Assembly (NCBI GenBank): GCA_965262595.1
Contig: OZ253548.1
Span: 1,371,740-1,435,739, forward strand
Length of the DNA: 64,000 bases
Direction: 5' to 3'
Origin: Dehalococcoidia bacterium
GTDB lineage: Bacteria; Chloroflexota; Dehalococcoidia; Lucifugimonadales; UBA3495
Of this stretch, positions 54,790-64,000 are shown one piece after another. The translations under genes were made by a program, and so were the position numbers. The notes under the pieces were generated by a model. It did no database searches, was not told where the DNA came from, and saw only the letters and a list, made by a program, of their open reading frames with translations. Position 1 is the first letter of the stretch, and each line of letters begins with the position of its first letter.

Positions 54790-57072
54790 ATGTCCAATAT
54801 TGTACTGTCAAATACGGAATATAACGTGGTAGGCACCCGGCCGGTACGCCCCGACGGCACCGACAAGGTTACCGGTCGAGCCAAGTACGGCGGCGATTTT
54901 CAGATGGCGGGTTTGTTGCATGGGAAAGTCCTGCGCAGCCCCCACGCTCACGCCCGAATCAAGTCCATTGACACCAGCAAGGCCGAAGCCTACCCCGGGG
55001 TCAGGGCGGTGGTAACCGGCAAGGATTTGCCCGTTGCCGGCATGGAAAATCCCAGCCGTGGTATGCGCTTCTCCAGCGAGAACATTTTTGCCCAGGATAA
55101 GGTTTTGTACCGCGGGCATGCGGTGGCCGCCCTGGCCGCCGCTAATCCCCACATCGCCGAAATCGCGGTTTCCCTGATTGAAGTGGAGTACGAAGTCCTG
55201 AAGCCGGTAATCAATGTTTCCCAGGCAATGGAAAAAGACGCTCCCCTGGTCATCGAAGATATGACCACCACGGAACTGGGTGAGCGGACGGACAATCGCA
55301 GTAACATCGCCACCCATTTCAGGTATGAACTGGGGGACCTGGAGAAGGGTTTTGCCGAAGCCGACCTGGTGGTGGAACGGGAGTTCGACACCACGACGGT
55401 ACACCAGGGATACATTGAACCGCAGAATGCCGCAGCCCTGTGGAATGCCGACGGCAAGCTGACCGTCTGGACCAGCACTCAGGGGGCTTTTGCCGTTCGG
55501 GACTCTCTGGCTCAGATCTTGAACCTGCCCGTATCTCAGATAAAAGTTGTGCCGATGGAAATCGGCGGCGGGTTCGGCGGCAAGATTCCGGTCTATCTGG
55601 AGCCGATGGCCGCCCTGTTGTCCCGCAAGACCGGCCAGGCGGTTAAGCTGCTGATGTCCCGCACCGACGTGTTCGAGAGCACCGGCCCCACCTCCGGTTC
55701 CCATCTTTGGGTAAAGGTAGGGGCCACCAAGGACGGCAAAATTACCGCCGCCGACGCTACCCTGGCTCTGGAAGCCGGAGCCTTCCCCGGCTCGCCGGTG
55801 ACGATGGGCGCCCAATGTATGTTTGCCCCCTACAACATCGAGAACGTTCGTACCGAAGGCTATGACGTGCTGGTGAACAAACCCAAGGTCGCCCCCTACC
55901 GCGCCCCCGGCGCCCCCATCGCCGCTTTTGGCGGGGAACAGGTAATCGACGAAATCGCCGGAAAACTTGGGATCGACCCGGCCGAGTTCCGGCTGCGCAA
56001 CGCCTCAAAGGAAGGCACTCGCCGGGTAGACGGCCCGGTATTCCCGATAGTCGGCAACATTGAGTGTGTGGAAGCAGCCAAGGCCACCGAACATTACAAT
56101 ACCCCCTTGACCGGCCCCAACCAGGGCCGAGGCATCGCCTCCGGTTTCTGGTTCAACATCGGGATGCAGTCCAGTTGCAGCATCGGCGTCAGTTCCGACG
56201 GCACGATCAGCCTGGTTGAGGGTTCGACCGACATCGGCGGCACCAGGGCTTCAATCGGGATGCAGGCCGCCGAGGTGTTGGGAATCCCGGCCGAGGACGT
56301 GCGCCCCAGCGTGGCCGACACCGACTCTGTTGGCTTTACGTTCCTGACCGGCGGCAGCCGAACCACCTTCGCCAGCGGTTGGGCCGCTTATGAATGCGCC
56401 CAGGACATCAAGCGGCAAATGATTGAGCGCGCCGCCACCATTTGGGAAGTATCGGCGGAGGATGTGGAGCTGGTCGGCGGAACGTTCCAGCACAAGTCCG
56501 ACTCGGACTTGAAGATGACCTTCAAGGAGTTGGCGGCCCAACTGAACGGCAGCGGAGGCCCCATATCCAGCCAGGTCAGCGTTGACCCCCCCGGAGCCGG
56601 CGGAGCCTTTAGCACCCATATCGCGGACGTGGAAGTTGACCCGGAAACCGGCAAGGTGGACATTCTGCGTTACACCATCGTTCAGGACGCAGGCAAAGCC
56701 ATTCATCCCAGTTACGTCGAGGGCCAAATGCAAGGCGGCGTCGCTCAGGGCATCGGCTGGGCCTTGAACGAAGAGTATTTCTTCAGTCAGGACGGCCAGA
56801 TGGTCAATTCCAGCTTCCTGGACTACCGGATGCCGATCAGTCTGGACTTGCCGATGATTGACACGGTGATCGTGGAAGTAGCCAACCCGGGCCATCCCTA
56901 CGGAGTGCGGGGTGTGGGAGAAGTGCCGATTGTGCCTCCCATGGCCGCCGTCGCCAACGCGATTCACGACGCCATCGGGGTCCGGATGGAGCGGCTCCCC
57001 ATGTCTCCCGGCGCCATTTTGGAAGCGCTCTGGGAAAAGAACGGGCAGCCTCACTCTCAGGCAGCAGACTAG
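54790..57072 (+). CDS. xanthine dehydrogenase/aldehyde oxidase family molybdopterin-binding subunit
   Basis: About 760 aa. The N-terminus is typical (GRAKYGGDF...GKVLRSPHAHARI). No small or medium subunit genes are adjacent. Confidence 0.85.
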   Translation: MSNIVLSNTEYNVVGTRPVRPDGTDKVTGRAKYGGDFQMAGLLHGKVLRSPHAHARIKSIDTSKAEAYPGVRAVVTGKDLPVAGMENPSRGMRFSSENIFAQDKVLYRGHAVAALAAANPHIAEIAVSLIEVEYEVLKPVINVSQAMEKDAPLVIEDMTTTELGERTDNRSNIATHFRYELGDLEKGFAEADLVVEREFDTTTVHQGYIEPQNAAALWNADGKLTVWTSTQGAFAVRDSLAQILNLPVSQIKVVPMEIGGGFGGKIPVYLEPMAALLSRKTGQAVKLLMSRTDVFESTGPTSGSHLWVKVGATKDGKITAADATLALEAGAFPGSPVTMGAQCMFAPYNIENVRTEGYDVLVNKPKVAPYRAPGAPIAAFGGEQVIDEIAGKLGIDPAEFRLRNASKEGTRRVDGPVFPIVGNIECVEAAKATEHYNTPLTGPNQGRGIASGFWFNIGMQSSCSIGVSSDGTISLVEGSTDIGGTRASIGMQAAEVLGIPAEDVRPSVADTDSVGFTFLTGGSRTTFASGWAAYECAQDIKRQMIERAATIWEVSAEDVELVGGTFQHKSDSDLKMTFKELAAQLNGSGGPISSQVSVDPPGAGGAFSTHIADVEVDPETGKVDILRYTIVQDAGKAIHPSYVEGQMQGGVAQGIGWALNEEYFFSQDGQMVNSSFLDYRMPISLDLPMIDTVIVEVANPGHPYGVRGVGEVPIVPPMAAVANAIHDAIGVRMERLPMSPGAILEALWEKNGQPHSQAAD

Positions 57073-57202
57073 ACCGGTCGGGAAATCGGAAGTCAAAACC
57101 AGGCAGGTTTAAAAGTAGGGGCGGGTTGCTAACTCGCCCCTACGGCAATTAGAAACGTTACAAAATCAGCAGAAACCCGGCAAGGCCGGCAGGAGGAATG
57201 AT

Positions 57203-57751
57203 ATGGCAAGAGTGCCATTCGCCACTCGAGAATCGATGTCGCCGGAAGGGCAGGCGGTTTGGGATGACATCCAGAGCAGCCGGGGCGGTGTGCAGCGCAA
57301 CTACGCCGCATTGTTGAACAACCCCCAGGCCGCGGGAAGCTACGCCGGTCTGGGCGGGTACGTCCGCTTTGAGACGCCCCTGGACAAGCGAGTCAAGGCC
57401 CTGGCAATTCTTACCGCGGCGCGCGAGGCCGGCGGTCATTACGTCTGGACGGTTAACCAGCGGGGAGCCAAGGAAGCCGAACTGGGCGACGACATAATCG
57501 CCGCGATCCGTGAGTTTCGCGCGCCGGTGGGTCTGGAACCCCAGGATGCCGCCGTAGTGCAGTTTGTGTTGGAATTGCTGCGACATCATCGTATTTCCGA
57601 CAGCACCTTTGAGGGCTTGCGCTCCCTGGTGGGCGACGCCGGTATAGTGGACGTACTGGTGATAGTAGCCTATTACCACGGCCTGGCCCACAGCCTCCAA
57701 GCCCTGGCGGTAGAATTACCCGATGGAACCGAGTCGGATTTAACCTACTAG
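57203..57751 (+). CDS. carboxymuconolactone decarboxylase (AhpD-like) family protein
   Basis: 182 aa with family-like helices. There is no CxxC and no in-frame TGA. Confidence 0.65.
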   Translation: MARVPFATRESMSPEGQAVWDDIQSSRGGVQRNYAALLNNPQAAGSYAGLGGYVRFETPLDKRVKALAILTAAREAGGHYVWTVNQRGAKEAELGDDIIAAIREFRAPVGLEPQDAAVVQFVLELLRHHRISDSTFEGLRSLVGDAGIVDVLVIVAYYHGLAHSLQALAVELPDGTESDLTY

Positions 57752-57795
57752 TCCGGTTAACCCAGGCCTCAACCCAGGCCAAAAGGTTAAAAAGT

Positions 57796-57832
57796 AAAGG
57801 TCCGCTACCCGGAGTCGGGTGGCGGACCTTTT
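57796..57832. terminator. strong bidirectional intrinsic terminator
   Basis: A 16-bp stem pairs AAAGGTCCGCTACCCG with CGGGTGGCGGACCTTT across the loop gagt. T-runs lie on both sides. Confidence 0.7.
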
Positions 57833-58527
57833 CCTTACTCGTCAAGTTCGGCTGGCAGCCGATTAACCGGCGACAGTGGTTGTTATGCCTTTTTCGGCAT
57901 TCCCGAGCCGCTGCACCGGAGAAAATGGCAAAAAGGAGCGACCGACCTCCGAAGAGGGGAGTCGCTGAAGGAGCGGCTCACTGTCGGTCGCTGAGGTGCT
58001 TATTGTAACGCCGCCGCCCCGGTCGGTCAAGTTGGCAACTGTCCGCACCAGGCCCTTCCCAAGTCCTGGTCCAAGTGTTTCCCCGCTAAACCTTAGCTTG
58101 TCGAAGGCCAAGCTCAACACGAGCGGATTACCCTCTATAATTGAAAGTCCCGGCGCGCCCTCAGGACAACTGCATTGGGAACTTTTTGCCTCAGATTGGC
58201 GGCTTTGATTCCGGCTCGCTACCCTATAGTCATTCCGGTAGTCATTCCGGAGCAATCCGGAAGCAAGAGAACCCCCGGTAAAGGCCGATTCTCCTTTGGC
58301 CGGATTACCTGGGTTCCCGCTTGCAACGTAAGGACGCTTTCCGACAACGTTGATGTTCCAAAGGCGATTGACCCACTTGTAACGCTGCCGGAGGTAGCAT
58401 ATATCCAAGTCCAATGTTAGCCTTGCAGCAGGCTGCGGTCGAATAGGCCAATCTCCGGTGAGCAATTCGACCGCCAGAAAACGGGGAGCCTTTCGCGCCC
58501 CAGAGCAATGAGGAGGAGTTTAGCCTA
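57833..58527. other. about 0.7-kb stem-rich region with no credible CDS (candidate structured ncRNA, family unknown)
   Basis: Only low-complexity ORFs are present. It contains several exact helices, including GNRA- and UUCG-capped hairpins (see findings). Confidence 0.3.
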
Positions 58528-58839
58528 ATGGCCGACTATATTTACATGGTACAGATGGACATACCGGCGGAATTAGAGGCGGACTTCAACCGCATCTACG
58601 ATACCCAGCACGTACCCAACATTATCAATGCATCAGGCGTAGAAAGTTGTACCCGCTACCAACTGGAATCGTCGGACGTGGCAGGCGTGGCCCGCTTTGC
58701 TGCGATTTACGAGATAGACTCGCCGGAGGTGCCCACATCCCCGGCCTGGGTGGCTGCGTCGGACGCTGGAGATTGGGCGACGATGATTCGACCCTACGCA
58801 ACCAACCGCTCCCATATCATCTACCGTCGATTGAGTTAG
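58528..58839 (+). CDS. hypothetical small protein (EthD/DUF4286-like dimeric alpha-beta barrel?)
   Basis: 103 aa with GAGGAGG as the RBS. Confidence 0.45.
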   Translation: MADYIYMVQMDIPAELEADFNRIYDTQHVPNIINASGVESCTRYQLESSDVAGVARFAAIYEIDSPEVPTSPAWVAASDAGDWATMIRPYATNRSHIIYRRLS

Positions 58840-58901
58840 GCCCCGGCAATTTTTTCGCCAGGCATCCGGATTGGGAGCCTCACCACTCCTCAGCCGACAA
58901 T

Positions 58902-59288
58902 CTAACCGGAAATACCGGCGGTAGTAGTTACTTCAACCAGGTTATCCGCCGCTCCAAAATTGACGATTATCGCCGTGCGAGCCGGATAATTCCGGGGGAA
59001 GAACTCGGCGTAAACCTCGTTGAAACCCGCCAAATCCTCTGCCTTGGTAACATAGCAGGTATTGGTCAGGACGTTGTCCAGGGAAGATCCCGCCTCTTCC
59101 AGTATCATCCGTATCCGTTCCAGGGCATACCTGGTCTGCTCCCGTATATCAGTTCCGGTCTCTCCGGTAGTGGGATGGCGTCCGGTGCAGCCCTGGACAA
59201 ATACCAGGTCGCCGAACCGGGTAGCGTGGGACAGGGGATTGCGGCCCGGGGGAAGTTGATCGCAAGTTATAATTTCTTTGTCAGGCAT
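58902..59288 (-). CDS. ridA: RidA/YjgF family reactive-intermediate deaminase
   Basis: 128 aa with family-typical motifs (FVQGCTG...TGE, ARTAI...VEV). Confidence 0.8.
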   Translation of the reverse strand: MPDKEIITCDQLPPGRNPLSHATRFGDLVFVQGCTGRHPTTGETGTDIREQTRYALERIRMILEEAGSSLDNVLTNTCYVTKAEDLAGFNEVYAEFFPRNYPARTAIIVNFGAADNLVEVTTTAGISG

Positions 59289-59779
59289 ATCACTTATCCT
59301 ATTACCTTTTCCTGGATTGGCCGGCTGAACCGGCTGATTCTCACAGATTAAACCTATCGGGCTATGGCGATAAGTCTATGTTCGGCCCCAGCGGTGCCCG
59401 ATTGGCATACTATAGACTGCTCCGCCATTATGTCAACCTAAATGGTTCGACGACATTCGGCAGTTTGATTTATTAACCAGGAAGGAGCAGGTCGCGGCAG
59501 CGGAACCCGGTACCGGTTCGTTCCCACGCCTTTACGCCCAATTCCGCCTGTTCTCGCTCATTGCCAAGGGCTTCGGGGAAGCTAAAACAACAACTCCGGT
59601 AAAAGGTTGCGCAAAACGGTTAAAATTATATAGAATCATCCTAGCATCAGTGGTTCGACGCATCTGCCGCCGTTAGTTCCTCCGGCCATCCGGCCATCCG
59701 GTCAACCGGGAACCAATGGTATTGTTTTTAATCATTCACCGCGTCGTAGATTCCAAAGTGAAGGGGGAAAAATAAGTCT

Positions 59780-61828
59780 ATGCCTAAAATAAGTGCCGGC
59801 AATTTGAGGAACGTGGCGTTGCTATCCCACAGCGGCGCCGGCAAGACATCGCTGTGCGAAACCCTTCTGTTCAACACCAAGGCAATTAACCGCATCGGTC
59901 GAGTGGAGGACGGCAACACCGTATCCGACTACGAGCCGGAGGAAATAAAGCGGAGCGGCAGCGTCCAGACCACGCTTATTTCCTGCAGTTGGGACGATTA
60001 CAAGGCAAACTTTTTGGACACTCCGGGCTATGACGACTTTTTTGGTGAGGTGGTCAGCGCCTTGCGGGTCGTGGAAAGCGTGAGCATTCTGCTGCCTGCT
60101 CCCTCCGGAGTGGACGTGGGCACGGAACGCTCCTGGAATCTGTGTGAGGATTTGGGATTGCCCCGCCTGTTGTTGGTTAACAAGATGGACCGGGAAAACG
60201 CCAGTTTCTCCCGTACCGTGGCCGACATTCAAGGCACTTTCGGCAGCAAGTGCGTACCGTTCCAACTGCCCCTTGGCGATGCGCAAGACTTTAAGGGCGT
60301 GCTCAGTGTGGTCCATCCCCCGGCGGACATTCCGGCGGAGGTGGCGGACGAGTTTGCGGCAGCCCGTGAGCGGTTTGTTGAGGCGGTAGCCGAGGCTGAC
60401 GATGACCTGGCCGACAAATACCTGGAAGGGGAGGAGTTGACCGACGCTGAGATCGTCACCGGAGCGCGGGCAGCCATCCTCGCCGGGAACCTGGTGCCAA
60501 TCCTGGCAAGTTCTGCAACTCAAAACATCGGAGTGGACGAATACCTGGAGACCATCCGGGAGTTTTTCCCGTCTCCGGAGGACGGAAACCTCCCCACGAT
60601 GCTGGACAGCAGCAAGGAGGAAGTGTCATTTGACATCGACGCCGCCGGGCCGCTGGCTGCGTTCGTGTTCAAGACCACCGCCGACCCCTTTGTGGGCAAG
60701 CTTTCCCTGTTCCGGGTTTACCGAGGCACCATTTCCAGCAACTCTGAGGTATGGAACAGCGCCCGCAATCAGTCGGAGCGTATTGGCCAGCTTTACCTGC
60801 CGCGAGGCAAGTCCCAGGAGAACATCACCGAGGTAGTGGCCGGCGATGTTGGCGCCATTGGCAAGCTCGCCGCCACGGTCACCAGCGATACCCTGTGCGT
60901 CCGCGATCACCAGGTTTCTTTCCGTCCCATCGAGTTTCCCCGGGGTTACTACAGCGTGGCCATTGCTCCGGCGACCAAGGCGGACCTGGACAAGATGTCC
61001 ACCTCCCTGGCGCGCATCGTGGAAGAAGACCCCAGCCTGCGTTATTCCCGAGACGTTGATACCGGCGATAGCCTGTTGACCGGCTTGGGTGATGCCCAAA
61101 TAGAAGTGGCCATCGATCGGATTAAGCGCAAGTTCGGCGCCGAGCTGGTCATGCGGCTGCCCCGGGTGGCGTACAAGGAGACCATTACCCGAATCACTCA
61201 GACCGAGTATCGGCACAAGAAGCAGTCCGGCGGCCATGGCCAGTACGGTCATGTGCTGCTCCGGCTGGAACCGACGGAGCGGGACAATGGGTTCCAGTTC
61301 GGTTCGGAGATTGTCGGCGGCCGGGTGCCCAGGGAGTATATTCCCGCGGTGGAAAAGGGCGTGGTCAAGTCGATGGAAGAAGGCATCCTGGCCGGATTCC
61401 CGGTGGTGGACCTGAAGACGGTAATCTACGACGGCAGTTATCACGACGTGGACTCCTCGGGTATGTCCTTTGAGATTGCCAGTTCGCAGGCTTTCCGCAA
61501 GGGCATGGCCGAAGCCAATCCCATCCTGTTAGAGCCGATTGTAAGGCTGTTCGCCACCGTACCCGATGCCTATACCGGCGATATTATGAGCGACCTTAAT
61601 GTGAAGAGAGGACGTATATTAGGGATGACGCCGGGCGACAAATACACCGTGGTAGAGGCCGAGGTGCCTCTATCCGAAGTGCAACGTTATGCCCAGGATC
61701 TGCGCTCCCTGACCCAGGGCCGCGGCAGCTACCGGCTGGAGTTTGACCACTACGACCCGGTACCCGCCAACATTGAACAGAAAGTTATTCAAGAGACCAA
61801 GCGCGCCCGGGAAGAGGATCGGGTCTAA
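59780..61828 (+). CDS. elongation factor G family GTPase (EF-G paralogue)
   Basis: The G1 motif is SHSGAGKTSL. DTPGYDDF and NKMD are present, and domains III-V can be recognised. Confidence 0.9.
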   Translation: MPKISAGNLRNVALLSHSGAGKTSLCETLLFNTKAINRIGRVEDGNTVSDYEPEEIKRSGSVQTTLISCSWDDYKANFLDTPGYDDFFGEVVSALRVVESVSILLPAPSGVDVGTERSWNLCEDLGLPRLLLVNKMDRENASFSRTVADIQGTFGSKCVPFQLPLGDAQDFKGVLSVVHPPADIPAEVADEFAAARERFVEAVAEADDDLADKYLEGEELTDAEIVTGARAAILAGNLVPILASSATQNIGVDEYLETIREFFPSPEDGNLPTMLDSSKEEVSFDIDAAGPLAAFVFKTTADPFVGKLSLFRVYRGTISSNSEVWNSARNQSERIGQLYLPRGKSQENITEVVAGDVGAIGKLAATVTSDTLCVRDHQVSFRPIEFPRGYYSVAIAPATKADLDKMSTSLARIVEEDPSLRYSRDVDTGDSLLTGLGDAQIEVAIDRIKRKFGAELVMRLPRVAYKETITRITQTEYRHKKQSGGHGQYGHVLLRLEPTERDNGFQFGSEIVGGRVPREYIPAVEKGVVKSMEEGILAGFPVVDLKTVIYDGSYHDVDSSGMSFEIASSQAFRKGMAEANPILLEPIVRLFATVPDAYTGDIMSDLNVKRGRILGMTPGDKYTVVEAEVPLSEVQRYAQDLRSLTQGRGSYRLEFDHYDPVPANIEQKVIQETKRAREEDRV

Positions 61829-61894
61829 ATCGTCCCAGTCCTTCCCAATACAGGGTTAAGCTCCAGGCGCAACCAGGAACAATGTCAAAAAGAG

Positions 61895-61928
61895 AAAGGG
61901 CCCCGAATCTTCGAGGCCCTTTTCTATT
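61895..61928 (+). terminator. intrinsic terminator after the EF-G paralogue
   Basis: The hairpin is AAAGGGCC-12 nt-GGCCCTTT followed by TCTATT. Confidence 0.65.
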
Positions 61929-62119
61929 GCTTGGCTAAGGTGACAGTGCGGGCCGGCGGTGCGGGCAAGCCAAGCCCGCAGGAGAAAACACAACCATGGG
62001 GGCGACGGGTATTCAGTTCGCGTTGAACCGGACTTCAGCCCTACTTGTTGCCAAGTTTGCCTAACCTCTTTGGTGTTGCCTGGCTGCTTACGTCCCTTGG
62101 AACGGGAAATTACGCCCCG

Positions 62120-63790
62120 CTAGAATCCCCAAGTCGGCCGATACTCGCCAAAAGCCTCCCGGAGTACCCCCATCATCTCGCCCAGGGTGGCGTAGGCCTT
62201 GACCGCCTCCAGCAGGTACGGCATCAGGTTAGCCGAACCCAGGGCCGCCTGCTCCAGGTCTTGCAGCCTGGCGGCGACCTCCCGGTTATCCCTGGCGTTG
62301 CGAATCCGGTTAAGACGCTGAATCTGAAGTCGCTCTCCTTCCCGGTCCACCCGCAGCAGGGGGATGCTCAATTTTTCATCAGTGCAATATTCGTTGACGC
62401 CCACGGTAATGCGTTCTTTTCGGTCCTCCTCCCGCTGGTACACGTAGGCGGCGTCGGCAATCTCCCGCTGGAAAAAGCCGGATTCCAGGGCCGGTATTAC
62501 CCCGCCTATATCCTCAATCCGACGAAGGTAGTCGAGGGCCTCGGCTTCCACCCGGTTGGTCAGGGACTCCAGATAGTAGCTGCCCCCCAGGGGGTCAACG
62601 GTGTCGGTGACGCCGGTTTCGTGGGCAATAATTTGCTGGGTGCGCAGGGCCTGGAGCGCGGCTTGCTCCGAGGGCAAGGCCCAAGCTTCATCCTTGCCGT
62701 TGGTGTGCAAGGACTGACAGCCGCCCAGCACCGCCGCCATGGCCTGCAAGGAGACGCGGGCCACGTTGTTTTCCGGCTGCTGCGCGGTTAGGGTGGCGCC
62801 AGAGGTCTGGGCGTGAAAACGCAGCCAGGCGGAACGGGGATTTTTCGCCTTGAAAGTGTCTTGCATTTCCCGCGCCCATATGCGGCGGGCCGCCCGAAAC
62901 TTGGCTACCTCCTCAAAGAAATCGTTGTGGGCGTTAAAGAAGAAACTGAGCCGCGGCGCGAAATCATCCACCGCCATACCCCGGGCCAGGCAGTGCCGCA
63001 CATATTCAAACCCGTCGGCCAGGGTAAAAGCCAGCTCCTGTACCGCCGTGGAACCGGCCTCCCGAATATGGTACCCGCTGATACTTATGGGGTTCCAACT
63101 TGGCATATACTTGGCGGCAAACTCCACCGTGTCCACTACCAGACGCATGGACGGCGCCGGAGGGAAGATATACTCGTTCTGCGCCAAATACTCCTTGAGG
63201 ATATCGTTTTGCAGGGTGCCGCCGATCTGGTCCAGGGGAACGCCCTGCTTTTCGGCCACCGCAATATACATCGCCCAGATAATGGCAGCCGGACTGTTGA
63301 TGGTCATCGAAGTGGTGACTTGATCCAACGGGATGCCATCAAACAGGGCTTCCATGTCGGCCAGCGAAGATACCGCCACACCGCACTTGCCAAACTCACC
63401 GGCAGCCCGGGGATCGTCGGTGTCGTAGCCGTAAAGCGTGGGCATATCAAAGGCGACGCTCAGGCCGGTCTGACCATTGTCCAGGAGGAACCGAAACCGC
63501 TCATTGGTCTCCTGAGGCAGACCAAACCCGGCGAACATCCGCATCGTCCACAAACGGGCACGATAGCCGTCGGGATGCACCCCCCGCAGGTAGGGATACT
63601 CGCCGGGCAAGCCGCTGTCTCGCAAATAATCCGACTCGGCCAGATGTTCCGGGGTGTAAACCGACTCCACTGTTATTTGAGATGAGGTCTTGTAGGTCGG
63701 CTTTCGCTGGGGGACGGCGGCATTGGCATTTTTCGCCCGCCAACGCTCGCCCTCCTGCCGCAGTCGATTTAGTTCTTCGGTGGAAAACAA
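62120..63790 (-). CDS. methylmalonyl-CoA mutase family, large catalytic (N-terminal) subunit
   Basis: 556 aa with conserved blocks [15 protein letters not shown] and [12 protein letters not shown]. Confidence 0.9.
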   Translation of the reverse strand: MFSTEELNRLRQEGERWRAKNANAAVPQRKPTYKTSSQITVESVYTPEHLAESDYLRDSGLPGEYPYLRGVHPDGYRARLWTMRMFAGFGLPQETNERFRFLLDNGQTGLSVAFDMPTLYGYDTDDPRAAGEFGKCGVAVSSLADMEALFDGIPLDQVTTSMTINSPAAIIWAMYIAVAEKQGVPLDQIGGTLQNDILKEYLAQNEYIFPPAPSMRLVVDTVEFAAKYMPSWNPISISGYHIREAGSTAVQELAFTLADGFEYVRHCLARGMAVDDFAPRLSFFFNAHNDFFEEVAKFRAARRIWAREMQDTFKAKNPRSAWLRFHAQTSGATLTAQQPENNVARVSLQAMAAVLGGCQSLHTNGKDEAWALPSEQAALQALRTQQIIAHETGVTDTVDPLGGSYYLESLTNRVEAEALDYLRRIEDIGGVIPALESGFFQREIADAAYVYQREEDRKERITVGVNEYCTDEKLSIPLLRVDREGERLQIQRLNRIRNARDNREVAARLQDLEQAALGSANLMPYLLEAVKAYATLGEMMGVLREAFGEYRPTWGF

Positions 63791-64000
63791 CGGTCACCTC
63801 CGCCAAGCCCGGATTGCTGCGGGGGAAATCGGCCGCCAAACCTCTTCGCAGCTAGCACGGCAGCGCGACAAATCAATCCCCGGCCACTGACATTCAGTCT
63901 AACCAGCGCCCGCAATCGCGTCAACGCGCCGGCTAACCGGAACCGGGAAGGGTGGGCGGGCCGGAGAGTAACACGCTTTTCGACAGACCATTCCGGGCGG

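Noticed and set aside
57203-57751. AhpD/CMD-family gene as a selenoprotein (the family is known to include Sec forms)
   Set aside because: The complete ORF has its own SD and ATG, no upstream in-frame TGA extension, and no CxxC-type motif.
57863-58465. 200-aa ORF on the minus strand covering the 58-kb gap
   Set aside because: The composition is low-complexity and looks non-protein (NDYRNDYR, runs of G/S/R). It has no SD and no recognisable motif. It coincides with dense RNA-like helices, so I treat the region as non-coding.
57833-58527. Identification of the structured region as RNase P RNA, tmRNA, SRP RNA, a cobalamin/TPP riboswitch or a group II intron
   Set aside because: The diagnostic sequences are absent on both strands. 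These are GAGGAAAGUCCGGGC plus a properly spaced ACAGAAxCCGGCUUA, the tmRNA GGGG...UUCGAC 5' end and UCCACCA 3' end, the SRP GGAA-capped helix 8, the B12 box, CUGAGA, and domain V. Only partial look-alikes were found.
59780-61828. EF-G-like GTPase as SelB
   Set aside because: The domain order and length fit EF-G (domains III-V, G1 AGKTSL). There are no SelB-type C-terminal winged-helix repeats.
1-64000. CRISPR arrays, rRNA and tRNA genes (including tRNA-Sec)
   Set aside because: No regularly spaced direct repeats with unique spacers were seen. Intergenic regions show no cloverleaf or GGTTCGAATCC-type T-arm in a plausible context; the one ggttcgaatc match, near 51040, lies inside acs.

Overview
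64 kb of a moderately GC-rich bacterial chromosome. The paired Chlor_Arch_YYY and TIGR03663-type giant membrane proteins suggest a Chloroflexi-like lineage, but that is inference only. Most of the window is housekeeping: ogg (partial), cca, rnc, ftsY, mutL, mutS, a nuoEFG-like flavoprotein module, rpiB, otsBA, E1 alpha/beta of a 2-oxoacid dehydrogenase, secG, gatB, acs, an EF-G paralogue and methylmalonyl-CoA mutase.

Four things stand out.

1. Three thioredoxin-fold redox genes look 5'-truncated in the ORF track: two DsbA/FrnE-like and one ArsC/Spx-like. Each actually continues upstream through a single in-frame TGA at the active-site Cys position, to an ATG with a good Shine-Dalgarno. These are candidate selenoproteins.

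2. Restriction-modification and mobile DNA are dense. A 3.2-kb IS6-like transposon has 24-bp terminal inverted repeats and an 8-bp target duplication, and carries a methyltransferase-HNH fusion. An EcoRV-like R-M cassette is wedged between the E1 alpha and beta genes and flanked by 24-nt direct repeats. A second type II R-M has a G15 tract inside the methylase. A third, AT-richer R-M islet has an Endo-VII/HNH nuclease.

3. About 0.7 kb (57.8-58.5 kb) is stem-rich and has no credible CDS. I could not assign it to a known RNA family.

4. In-frame 9-15-nt tandem repeats recur inside genes, including mutS and cca.

No rRNA, tRNA or CRISPR array was recognised. All functional calls come from reading motifs by eye; no searches were run.
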